Made by a program: the position numbers and the translations under genes. Below are positions 27,353-36,125 of a DNA stretch of 64,000 nt, piece by piece. Each line of letters opens with the position of its first letter. Position 1 is the first letter of the stretch. Under the pieces are notes generated by a model. It made no database searches and was not told the origin of the DNA. It saw nothing but the letters and a program-made list of their open reading frames with translations. Location of the stretch: NCBI GenBank assembly GCA_963677925.2, contig CAXXYH010000003.1, forward strand, positions 1,728,001 through 1,792,000, read 5' to 3'. Source of the stretch: Spirochaetia bacterium. GTDB taxonomy: Bacteria > Spirochaetota > Spirochaetia > UBA9216.

Positions 27353-28930
27353 TCAGTAAATACTGAACATATACATAGAGCCTGTGTCCTCTTCGACACC
27401 GTCATCATCGTCAGATACACCGATCAAGGCAAAGCCGTCTGCAATTAAAGCGAACATACCGAAGTAATCGCTTTCTGCAGGCTCCGCAGCTGAGAGCTTT
27501 TCAACCTGGCCCCAATTCTCAGCTCCTCCCTCATTACGGTAATACACATAAGCAGCACCGGCATCAGCTTCACCATCAACATCAGCCTGATACGCGCTGA
27601 CAACCGCATAATCTCCGGATATTGAGCAGGGCCAGCCGAAGTAATCATCTTCAGCCCCGTCGGAAGCGGTAATCTTTGTAACCAGACCCCAGTTATCTGT
27701 TCCGCCCTGATTCCGAAAAAAATATGCGGCACCGGAATCATCTGCAGCTTCGGTATCGCCGGTGGCTCCAACCAGTAAATCATCGCCTGAAAGACAGACA
27801 CTTTCTCCAAAATGATAGCCACCGTCAGCAGCAGCTCCCGGGCTTAAAGTTGCAACACTGCCCCAGCGGTCCGGTCCGTTCTTATCTCTGAAATAAACAT
27901 AGACCTCTCCGGCATCCCCTGCATAGAAATCACCCATAGCAGCATAGGCTCCTGAAATTGATATGCTTAAGCCAAGATGATGGTTCGCAACAGGTGTTGA
28001 AGCTTCCAGAATTGCAATTTCACCCCAGTTATCAGTACCCCCTTCATTTTTTCCAAGAACATAAGCCGCTCCGGATGAGGACGTTGAGTTTGCGGAACCG
28101 TCATAGCCGTAGGCTCCTACCAGTGCATAATTACCGGACATGGAAACACGGACTCCAAAATAATCTGACGCCTCAGCATCCGAAGCAGTAATTTTCTTAA
28201 CCTGCCCCCAGTTATCTGTTCCGCCCTGGTTCCTGTAAAAAATATAGACAGCCCCTGTATAAGAATTGTCGCCATAGGCACCTACAATCAGAATATCACC
28301 TTCTGCCGCCAGAGATTTTCCGAACTGCTGGCCTGCTGAAGGAACAGTAGCAGGAGGAACAACAGAAGTGATTTTCTTTACAAACCCCCATGTATTATCT
28401 CCTCCCTCATTCCGCTGGTATATAAAAACAGCACCGGTTCTTTGAACAGTAGAACTGTGATCAGCTCCGGCCGCACCTACAAAAAGAAAATCATCGGTTA
28501 TTGCAATTGCATCTCCGTAGTAATCATCTGTAGCCGGATATTCAGCGAACTTAAGCTGATGTACATATAAACAACAATCGGCAGTGAAACCTCCATCCTC
28601 CGAAGCGGCTGTTACGACGGCACTGCCGACACCTCCGGCCGCTGTAACAAGACCGGTCTCCGAAACAGTAACGATGGAAGTATCGCTGCTGCTCCAAATA
28701 ATATTTGTGTTCTCAGCATCAGCCGGTTCTATAGTTGCAGTCAGCTGCTGTTCTCCATAATCAAAAAGAGCGGCCTCGGAATAATTCAGACTTATTCCTG
28801 TCACCGATATTGTTGTATTCTCCGGATTTTCGCCATCCGGACCGACCTCCGGATCGGGCTCACATGAGAACATGGACAATGCTGATATGAATGCTGTCAG
28901 CAGCAGTAAAACTGATATTCTGTTTTTCAT
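27353..28930 (-). CDS. Surface lipoprotein with bacterial Ig-like (Big_2) domain and about seven FG-GAP beta-propeller repeats
   Basis: Lipobox SMFSC; VTGISL..QLTATIEPADA..WSSSD..VTA..DGG; repeated (F/Y)G.sv.isgd.l.vGA.....GA(A/V)Y.f.rn.GG.dnWG units. Confidence 0.85.
   Translation of the reverse strand: MKNRISVLLLLTAFISALSMFSCEPDPEVGPDGENPENTTISVTGISLNYSEAALFDYGEQQLTATIEPADAENTNIIWSSSDTSIVTVSETGLVTAAGGVGSAVVTAASEDGGFTADCCLYVHQLKFAEYPATDDYYGDAIAITDDFLFVGAAGADHSSTVQRTGAVFIYQRNEGGDNTWGFVKKITSVVPPATVPSAGQQFGKSLAAEGDILIVGAYGDNSYTGAVYIFYRNQGGTDNWGQVKKITASDAEASDYFGVRVSMSGNYALVGAYGYDGSANSTSSSGAAYVLGKNEGGTDNWGEIAILEASTPVANHHLGLSISISGAYAAMGDFYAGDAGEVYVYFRDKNGPDRWGSVATLSPGAAADGGYHFGESVCLSGDDLLVGATGDTEAADDSGAAYFFRNQGGTDNWGLVTKITASDGAEDDYFGWPCSISGDYAVVSAYQADVDGEADAGAAYVYYRNEGGAENWGQVEKLSAAEPAESDYFGMFALIADGFALIGVSDDDDGVEEDTGSMYMFSIY
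27687..28228. repeat. Intragenic repeat: exact 23-nt copies at 27687-27709 and 28206-28228 encoding QGGTDNWG
   Basis: CCCCAGTTATCTGTTCCGCCCTG is present twice; degenerate copies occur in the other blades. Confidence 0.8.
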
Positions 28931-28996
28931 TTAGTTTTTCTCCTGAATGTTTTTTGATACTCAGATTTTAGGCTATTCAGGAGGATACTTAATGGT

Positions 28997-29020
28997 AAAT
29001 GAGTCCATATGGACTTATTT
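28997..29020. promoter_or_regulatory. Palindrome upstream of the FG-GAP lipoprotein gene (possible operator)
   Basis: AAATGAGTCCAT|ATGGACTTATTT; 14-bp perfect core with no loop. Confidence 0.45.
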
Positions 29021-29022
29021 AT

Positions 29023-29051
29023 AAAAAAGCCGGCCCGGGGGACGGGCCGGC
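29023..29051 (-). terminator. Intrinsic terminator of the hydrogenase operon
   Basis: GCCGGCCCG-N5-CGGGCCGGC followed by T6 on the minus strand. Confidence 0.85.
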
Positions 29052-29058
29052 CGAAAAC

Positions 29059-30786
29059 TCAGTTCAAAGGTTTTCTGTCTGTGTAGCTTGTGTGAAGCAA
29101 ATGGTGGGATTTTTCACCTAACGGCTTTATAAGATATTCCGAATACAATTTGTGGATATCCGGATTCTCGTGTGATTTCCTAAGTGCCATCTGGCCGTCT
29201 ACACGGTAGAGCGCCTTAATACGCTCCTCCCGCTTTGCATTGGTTGTGCCGTATGGCTGTCCGCCTCCTCCGATGCATCCGCCGGGGCAGCACATTACTT
29301 CTATGAAAGAATAATCTGAATCACCGGCTTTTATGGATTCCATGATTTTCTTAGCATGGGAAAGTCCGTGGGCCACTGCCACATTAACCTTCTGACCGTT
29401 AAGGTCTACCGAAGCCTCCTTGACGCCTTCCATACCGCGGACAACATCAAAATCAAGCTTATCAAGCTTCTTTTCGGTTACAACTTCATAAACAGTCCGG
29501 AGGGCGGCTTCCATTACGCCCCCAGTTGCACCGAAGATTGCGGCAGCTCCTGTAGACATTCCAAGCGGCGAGTCGTATTCGCTTAAAGGAATGGAATCAA
29601 AATCAATCCCCTGGGAACGCAGCATCCTGCCGAGTTCCCTTGTTGTAAGGGCAACATCAACATCCTGATATCCGCTGTCGTTCATCTCGGGTCTCTGAGC
29701 CTCATACTTCTTTGCTGTACAGGGCATAATTGAAACAACAAACATCTTTTCAGGCGGTATGCCGACCTTCTCTGCATAATATGTCTTTGCTATAGCTCCG
29801 AACATCTGCTGAGGCGACTTGCATGAAGACACATGGGGAAGAAGTTCGGGGTAATTGAGTTCTATAAAATTAATCCACCCGGGACTGCAGGAAGTAAGCA
29901 TTGGAAGTACTCCGCCGTTTGTTATACGGTGCAGGAGTTCATGTCCTTCTTCCATAATGGTCAGATCAGCCGAAAAATCGGTATCAAAGACCTTATCAAA
30001 ACCGAGGTTCCTGAGGGCTCCGACAAGTTTACCGGTACTGATGGAACCTGCCGGAAGTCCGAACTCCTCTGCGATGGAAACTCTGATAGAAGGAGCGGTC
30101 TGGACTACTACGTGGAGGTCCGGATCGTCGATAGCATCCCAGACCTTCTGAGTTTCATCTTTTTCAAAGATCGCGCCTACCGGGCAGGCAAGGACACACT
30201 GACCGCAGAGGACACAGGAAACCTCGGATAACTGCTTTCCGTATTCCGGAGACACACAGATATCTGTACTTCTGTTATGGCTGTAGAGAACTCCTACTTC
30301 CTGAACATGATGGCAGACCTCAGCACATCTTCCACATTTAATGCACTTGTTCATGTCACGTACAAGTGATGTAGTTGAAAGATCGACAGGCAGAAGTTTT
30401 TCACTCTTCTCGGCCTGAATATTGGTAATGCCGAGCCGGTCAGTCAGCTGCCTGAGTTCACAGTTGCCGTTTCTGACACAGGTTGGACATTCCTGCGGAT
30501 GATCCGCCAGAATAAGCTCTACAACCGTCTTAACCGTTTCTCTTACACGCGGAGAATTCGTTGTGATACTCATTCCTTCTTCAACCGGAGTTGAGCAGGA
30601 AGCTGCCAGGTTTTTACGTCCTTCGACTTCAACAACACAAACCCTGCAGTTGCCCTTAACCTTCTGGTCGGGATGATGACAGAGGCTTGGCAGAGTTATA
30701 CCATTCTGCCTGGCCGCTTCCATTACTGTTATTCCTTCAGGGACAGCAACCCTGTTTCCGTTTAATTTAATTTCCAGTTTTTTCAT
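29059..30786 (-). CDS. hydA: [FeFe]-hydrogenase catalytic subunit, group A3 (HydA/HndD-like)
   Basis: H-cluster motifs TSCSPGW, MPCTAKKYE, EVMCCPGGCIGGGGQP; N-terminal [2Fe-2S], His-ligated [4Fe-4S] and 2x[4Fe-4S]. Confidence 0.96.
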   Translation of the reverse strand: MKKLEIKLNGNRVAVPEGITVMEAARQNGITLPSLCHHPDQKVKGNCRVCVVEVEGRKNLAASCSTPVEEGMSITTNSPRVRETVKTVVELILADHPQECPTCVRNGNCELRQLTDRLGITNIQAEKSEKLLPVDLSTTSLVRDMNKCIKCGRCAEVCHHVQEVGVLYSHNRSTDICVSPEYGKQLSEVSCVLCGQCVLACPVGAIFEKDETQKVWDAIDDPDLHVVVQTAPSIRVSIAEEFGLPAGSISTGKLVGALRNLGFDKVFDTDFSADLTIMEEGHELLHRITNGGVLPMLTSCSPGWINFIELNYPELLPHVSSCKSPQQMFGAIAKTYYAEKVGIPPEKMFVVSIMPCTAKKYEAQRPEMNDSGYQDVDVALTTRELGRMLRSQGIDFDSIPLSEYDSPLGMSTGAAAIFGATGGVMEAALRTVYEVVTEKKLDKLDFDVVRGMEGVKEASVDLNGQKVNVAVAHGLSHAKKIMESIKAGDSDYSFIEVMCCPGGCIGGGGQPYGTTNAKREERIKALYRVDGQMALRKSHENPDIHKLYSEYLIKPLGEKSHHLLHTSYTDRKPLN

Positions 30787-32075
30787 TATGCAGTCACCCT
30801 TCTCTCTTCTTCTGAAATATAATCAGCGGCCGCATCAAGATATTCCTGTCTGTAATATTCCAGTGAAGATTTAAGACTGTTTCCAGCTGCCTGTCCAAGA
30901 CCGCAGAATGAAGCCTCCTGCATTGCACGGGTATAGCGTTCCAGTTTGTCAATATCTTCAACAAAAGCTTCTCCGCGCTCGAGTCTCTCAAGGATGATAT
31001 CAGCCTGCCTTAACCCCTCTCTGCACGGCGTGCATTTACCGCAGCTTTCATGAAGGAAAAAGCGGACTCTGTTATTAACATTTTCCAGAATAGATCTCGT
31101 ATCATCAAGAACAAACACAGCTCCCGAACCGATAGTAATATCTTCTTCTGCACAGGTTCCGTATTCAAGTGGAATATCAAGCTTTTCAGGCGGAACAAGA
31201 ATGCCGGAAGCTCCTCCGATATTGACTGCTTTGATAGTTCTGCCTGACTTGGGACCTCCGCCGTATTCATGGATGATGTCAGAAATCTTTGTACCGAATG
31301 GTACTTCATACAATCCCCTGTTGTTTACATCGCCCGAAAGGGAAATCAGTTTTGTGCCCGGACTGTCACTTGTGCCGATACTTCTGTACCATTGTGCACC
31401 GTTCGACATAATCGGCGACAGATTGGAAAGTGTTTCCACGTTGTTTATCAGGGTCGGATGCCCCCAGAGTCCGGAAGTTGTAGGATAAGGCGGTTTAAGC
31501 CGCGGACGACCCTTTTTGCCCTCTATTGAGTTAAGCAGAGCTGTTTCCTCTCCGCAGAGGTAGCTGCCTGCACCGCTGAAAATTTCAAGTTTAAGCGAGA
31601 ATCCGCTGCCAAGAATGTTCTCACCAAGCAGCCCGTTACGCTCAGCCTCGTTTATCGCATCCTGTATTCTTGCTCTGGCTTCCGGGTATTCATGTCTGAC
31701 ATATATGTAACCCTGTTCGGTTCCGGCAATATATGCAGCAATTGTAATTCCCTCAAGAAGCTGGAAAGGCAGATGTGTCATTATAAAGCGATCCTTGAAT
31801 GTTCCGGGTTCGCCTTCATCCGCGTTGCAGATAATATATCTGAACTTATCTGCAGTGTTTCTCACCATGTTCAGTTTAACACCGGTTGGAAAAGCAGCAC
31901 CTCCTCTGCCTCTCAAACCTGATTCCCTGATAACATCCAGTGATTTGGCAGGTCCCTTCTTAACCGCCGTCTTAAGACCGTTATACCCGCCCCGTGATTT
32001 GTATGTCTCAAGATCGACATATTCGCTGAAATCAAAATTAAAAATCATCCTTTTTTCATCAACCACCGTTTTCAA
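30786..32075 (-). CDS. hydB: NADH/FMN-binding hydrogenase beta subunit (NuoF-like), short form
   Basis: SGLRGRGGAAFPTG, CNADEGEPGTFKDR, YLCGEETAL, ESCGKCTPCREG...SFCGLG; 429 aa; no C-terminal ferredoxin domain. Confidence 0.9.
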   Translation of the reverse strand: MKTVVDEKRMIFNFDFSEYVDLETYKSRGGYNGLKTAVKKGPAKSLDVIRESGLRGRGGAAFPTGVKLNMVRNTADKFRYIICNADEGEPGTFKDRFIMTHLPFQLLEGITIAAYIAGTEQGYIYVRHEYPEARARIQDAINEAERNGLLGENILGSGFSLKLEIFSGAGSYLCGEETALLNSIEGKKGRPRLKPPYPTTSGLWGHPTLINNVETLSNLSPIMSNGAQWYRSIGTSDSPGTKLISLSGDVNNRGLYEVPFGTKISDIIHEYGGGPKSGRTIKAVNIGGASGILVPPEKLDIPLEYGTCAEEDITIGSGAVFVLDDTRSILENVNNRVRFFLHESCGKCTPCREGLRQADIILERLERGEAFVEDIDKLERYTRAMQEASFCGLGQAAGNSLKSSLEYYRQEYLDAAADYISEEERRVTA

Positions 32076-32076
32076 A

Positions 32077-32511
32077 TTATTCCTCCGTTGTTTCCCTAAT
32101 CAGCCTGACAGCTTCCTCCGGATCAAGGTTTCCATACACCTCATCATCAATTCTGATTGCAGGAGACATATAGCAGGCCCCCAGACAGTTAACGCTTTCA
32201 AGCGTATACATCCCGTCTTCAGTAGTTTCACCCGGGACTATCCCTAATTCCTGCTGTATGGCAGCCTGTACTTCCGCCTTACCCGCGTTTTCGCATGGAG
32301 CGTTTGTACATATCCTGACAAGATGACGACCTCTTGGTTCCAGTGAGATTTCGCTGTAGAAGGATGCTGTCGAATAAACCCGGCTTTTTGTGACATTCAA
32401 TTCACGGGCTATCCGTCCAACCTCTTCCTCGCTGACATAGTTTTTTCCGCTGAAGCTCTGGGCATCCAGCAGAAGCTGAAGCAGCGAAGGTTCGCTTAAA
32501 ATGGCTTTCAT
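32077..32511 (-). CDS. hydC: [2Fe-2S] hydrogenase gamma subunit (NuoE-like)
   Basis: CTNAPC...CLGAC ligands, ASFY; ATG at 32511 after AAGGGGG (track start 32547 is GTG). Confidence 0.9.
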   Translation of the reverse strand: MKAILSEPSLLQLLLDAQSFSGKNYVSEEEVGRIARELNVTKSRVYSTASFYSEISLEPRGRHLVRICTNAPCENAGKAEVQAAIQQELGIVPGETTEDGMYTLESVNCLGACYMSPAIRIDDEVYGNLDPEEAVRLIRETTEE

Positions 32512-32801
32512 AATCGACCCCCTTTTTTTACTTGCACCATCTTTCACATTATTTATTTTTTATTGCACCTTCAGATTGTTTAAAAAATTATAAAAATGCT
32601 TTTTAATTTTGTCAATAAAATTCTTTACTTCACAACAAATTTATTTTTATGCGCCTTTTATATCATATAGACATTACAGCATTACACAGAGGTAATAAAC
32701 AAATACAGTTTGGATCATAAATGTATTGAATTGATGGTTCGGTAAAATTAAATTGTTTTTTTAGTAAGAATTATGGCCTGTGGAGATTAAATAAATGAGA
32801 A

Positions 32802-34157
32802 CTATTTCTTCTTTGGGTAGGTTACCTTGAAATCAACACCTGACTTTTTAATCTTGTAAATTGTATCTTCAAGCGCAGCCCTGCAGGAACCGTCAAATTT
32901 TGTAACCTGACTAAGATCAAGCAGGATTTCTTTCCTTTTTTTCTGTGATTCATGTTCGAGAATATTATAAAGATACTGATAATTCGGAAGCGTCATTGCC
33001 CCGCTGACCCTGAAACGTCCGGGCTTTGTGGAGTCAAGCATTATACTAAGCGGCAGGTTCCATTCTTCCAGCGGGGAAATATCATGATGCTCGCTTTCAT
33101 ATTTAACAATCAGCTCGTTGGTGTTCCGCAGACGCTGAACAAGACCCCTGATTAATTCCAGAAACCAGGATGGAACATTATATACATTATTATAAAAATC
33201 TCTTACATCAATGACATGCACTATAGATCTACGGTCTGCTACAACATCAGCCGAACGTATTCCCTCTTTGATAAGTGCCATCTCACCTAGAATATCACCG
33301 CTCTCGGCCGTTGCCAGGGTAATCCGTCCGTTTGAAGTTTCTCTGGAAATTGTAAAACTTCCGTTTTTGACATAGTACATTACATTTTCTATTGCACCCT
33401 GTCTGATGAGAAAATCATCCTTCTCAATATTTCTTACAGGAATGTCAGTCTTTGACAGAATGTTCTGCAGGCCCTTTATTGAAAGTACCTTGTCACGGAT
33501 CAGCTGAATATTCTCAATACGGATACGCTGCTCTGCAACATCGTGTGATTTTATTAAAGTATATATGAAGTTTATTCCGCCCTGATCGATATCTATTACA
33601 TCAGAAAAATCCAGAACAAGAGTCCAGTCTGGCCGGACTCTCATTTCCCTGATTTTCTTATTTACAGCCTCTATTGAGGATTCTGAAAAACGTCCCTTCA
33701 GAAACAATCTGCGTGTTTTACGATCACTTGAAACGGTTTTAATTCCAGTCTGCTCAGAATCAACCAGAGGTTCTATAACAGGCTGCTTTCCGTCGTGCCC
33801 TGAAATATAATCACTAAGCTGTTCGGTAGTAGTTCTTATTCGGCGGACCAGGACCTTGGCAACAGAGACAGCCCAGGATGACAGACCGAAGAGCTCATCA
33901 TCAAGGATCTCGGAGGGAATTTCATTCACCAGAACATCGGATGCAGCTATAACACTGGCGGATCTCTTTACACCGGTAAGAAAGGACATCTCTCCGACAT
34001 ACTGGCCCCGGCCGAGTTCTGTTATCAGGATGTTTTTCCCGTCTTTCTCAATCATCACACTGACCGTACCGGATCTGATTATGTACATATTCCTGGTTGA
34101 GTCGCCAGCCTTGAAGAGAATTTCACCTTTGTTGAAACGAATCAGTCTGGAATTCAT
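32802..34157 (-). CDS. Tandem cNMP-binding/STAS/cNMP-binding/STAS protein
   Basis: Two CAP-type cassettes GEMSFL..RSASV and GEMALI..RSADV; two STAS-like segments LVLDFSDVIDIDQGG and ILLDLSQVTKFDGSC; no HTH. Confidence 0.78.
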   Translation of the reverse strand: MNSRLIRFNKGEILFKAGDSTRNMYIIRSGTVSVMIEKDGKNILITELGRGQYVGEMSFLTGVKRSASVIAASDVLVNEIPSEILDDELFGLSSWAVSVAKVLVRRIRTTTEQLSDYISGHDGKQPVIEPLVDSEQTGIKTVSSDRKTRRLFLKGRFSESSIEAVNKKIREMRVRPDWTLVLDFSDVIDIDQGGINFIYTLIKSHDVAEQRIRIENIQLIRDKVLSIKGLQNILSKTDIPVRNIEKDDFLIRQGAIENVMYYVKNGSFTISRETSNGRITLATAESGDILGEMALIKEGIRSADVVADRRSIVHVIDVRDFYNNVYNVPSWFLELIRGLVQRLRNTNELIVKYESEHHDISPLEEWNLPLSIMLDSTKPGRFRVSGAMTLPNYQYLYNILEHESQKKRKEILLDLSQVTKFDGSCRAALEDTIYKIKKSGVDFKVTYPKKK

Positions 34158-34163
34158 ATATCA

Positions 34164-34220
34164 AGAATAATCGAGATCCCGGTTTTTTTCAATTACAGAA
34201 TAAAAATATGGATTTATAAT
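34164..34220. promoter_or_regulatory. Back-to-back promoters with leaderless geometry
   Basis: Minus: TTGAAA(34192)-N17-TATTCT-6 nt-ATG(34157). Plus: TATAAT(34215)-6 nt-ATG(34227). Neither has an SD. Confidence 0.65.
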
Positions 34221-34226
34221 TAATTT

Positions 34227-35204
34227 ATGAAACAGGCAAAGAATATAAAGAAAGAACCCCATGAACTGGCGGTAATAGCTCTGGGCGGAAATGCCATAAT
34301 ACGTAAGGGTGAAAAGGGCGATATACATGAACAGTTCGCCAATACCAGAGAGTCTATGGGCCCGGTGGTAAGCCTGCTGAATAAGGGTTTCAATTTTGTT
34401 CTGACCCATGGAAACGGACCGCAGGTTGGGAATCTGATGCTGATGGTGGATTACGCCAAAGAGAAGGTCCCTGATACCCCTCTGGGAGTTGCTGATGCAA
34501 TGACTGAAGGTTCCATGGGATACATGATCGAGCAGTGCCTTCAGAATATGATGATCAGGGCCGGAATCTGGCGAAATGTAGTAACCATCCCTACTCAGGT
34601 CCTGGTGGATCAGCATGATCCATCTCTGAAGAATCCGACAAAACCTATAGGGCCCTTCTACACCGAAAAGGAAGCGGAGACCCTGGCCGAGGCTACCGGC
34701 TGGACAATAAGGGAGGATTCCGGAAGGGGCTGGCGCAGATACGTTGCATCACCCTATCCGATTGATATAGTTGAGAAGGATGCAATAAAGCTGCTGCTTG
34801 AACAGAATTACGTGGTTATAGCCGGAGGCGGCGGCGGTATTCCTGTTTTCTATGAGAAGGATAAGACTCTTGAAGGGATTGACTGTGTAATTGACAAGGA
34901 TCTGGCCAGCATGAAACTGGCTCTTGCAGTAGGAGCTAAAACCTTCATCATTATTACCGGAGTTTCCCATGTCTCACTAAATTTCGGGAAGCCGGATGAA
35001 CAACATCTGGACCGGATGACACTTGCCGAAGCAAGATATTACTATAACGAGGGTCATTTCGGAGTGGGATCAATGGCGCCGAAAGTGATGGCGGCTATTG
35101 AGTTTATTCAGGCGAACCCGCAGCACAAGGTAATTATCACGGATGTTGAAAACCTTGAAGCATCTCTTGAAGGAAAAGCCGGAACAACAGTTGTCGCATA
35201 CTAG
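34227..35204 (+). CDS. arcC: Carbamate kinase
   Basis: ALGGNA, THGNGPQVG, PTKPIGPFY, GGGGIPV, VIDKD, GSMAPKV. Confidence 0.96.
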   Translation: MKQAKNIKKEPHELAVIALGGNAIIRKGEKGDIHEQFANTRESMGPVVSLLNKGFNFVLTHGNGPQVGNLMLMVDYAKEKVPDTPLGVADAMTEGSMGYMIEQCLQNMMIRAGIWRNVVTIPTQVLVDQHDPSLKNPTKPIGPFYTEKEAETLAEATGWTIREDSGRGWRRYVASPYPIDIVEKDAIKLLLEQNYVVIAGGGGGIPVFYEKDKTLEGIDCVIDKDLASMKLALAVGAKTFIIITGVSHVSLNFGKPDEQHLDRMTLAEARYYYNEGHFGVGSMAPKVMAAIEFIQANPQHKVIITDVENLEASLEGKAGTTVVAY

Positions 35205-35217
35205 AAAGACGTCCTGA

Positions 35218-36117
35218 TTAAAAAGCAGCAGTGTCAGAGTCCGGCAGTTCACTGAGCAGCATCGAACAGATCCCGAGGACTCCTGCATCGTTGATGTTCT
35301 CGGCTTTTAGAATTTGGACCTTCTCTCCGCTTACAGAAAAGGCTTTCCGCCTTATTTCACATTCAAGCGGTTTGAGCAGAAAATCACCCAGGTTGCCCAG
35401 TCCGCCGCCTATCACTACAGCCGCAGGATTCAGCAGGGTTACAACATTTGAGATCCCTGTCCCAAGGTATTCAAGCAGATGCTCAAAAGCTTTCACCGCT
35501 GAAGACTCTCCATTTTCATAGAGAGTCTTCATATTCTCAGCTGAGACAGAAAAAAGCTCTTCAACAGCCTTGCCTGAGGCTAACTTGTACAGCTCTCCGC
35601 CGCCGGGGAAGATGATGTGGCTAAGCTCGCCTGCGGCACCATGAGCACCCTTATAAACCCTTCCGTCTATGATGATTCCGCAGCCGATCCCCGTACTGAT
35701 ACTGATGTACACAAAATCACTTATATCACGGCCTGCACCGAAGGCTGCTTCACCCGCAGCTGCGGCACGGGCATCGTTTTCAGCGTAAATAAAGGTGCCA
35801 TAGCGCTGCTGAAGTATTTTTCTTATTTCAATATTTTTCCAGCCCTTCAGATTAGGGCAGTCAAATGAGATGCCTGATTTTGAATCGACTGGACCGGGAA
35901 GAGCTATGCCTATTCCTGAAAGCTCACCCGCAGAAAGACCTCCGTCTGTAAGAAGATTATCAATTGTGCCGCAGATATCCTCAATTACATCAGTGCAACC
36001 CCGCTCGGCACCGGTATCTATTCTTAATCTGCCCAGAATCCTGAAATCATCTCCATATTCCGCCAGCACGGAAGCTATCTTGGTCCCGCCGACATCGACG
36101 CCAATAATTCTTTTCAC
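35218..36117 (-). CDS. ROK family sugar kinase (beta-glucoside kinase-like, no Zn-Cys motif)
   Basis: DVGGTK, ENDA, STGIGCG, AGELSH; CxCGxxGC absent; directly downstream of GH4. Confidence 0.8.
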   Translation of the reverse strand: MKRIIGVDVGGTKIASVLAEYGDDFRILGRLRIDTGAERGCTDVIEDICGTIDNLLTDGGLSAGELSGIGIALPGPVDSKSGISFDCPNLKGWKNIEIRKILQQRYGTFIYAENDARAAAAGEAAFGAGRDISDFVYISISTGIGCGIIIDGRVYKGAHGAAGELSHIIFPGGGELYKLASGKAVEELFSVSAENMKTLYENGESSAVKAFEHLLEYLGTGISNVVTLLNPAAVVIGGGLGNLGDFLLKPLECEIRRKAFSVSGEKVQILKAENINDAGVLGICSMLLSELPDSDTAAF

Positions 36118-36125
36118 AGAATGCC

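Noticed and set aside
27400-28560. CRISPR-like or mobile repeat array
   Set aside because: The repeats are in-frame, degenerate protein blades inside one ORF, and there are no cas genes.
30786-32511. Respiratory complex I nuoEF
   Set aside because: Co-transcribed with an H-cluster subunit; no other nuo genes are present.
32576-32640. Rex operator upstream of the hydrogenase operon
   Set aside because: The best candidate (TTGTTTAAAAAATTATAA) has about five mismatches to TTGTGAA-N4-TTCACAA in very AT-rich DNA.
34227-35204. Complete arginine deiminase operon
   Set aside because: arcC is solitary, the OTCase fragment is about 29 kb away, and no arcA or arcD is visible in the window.
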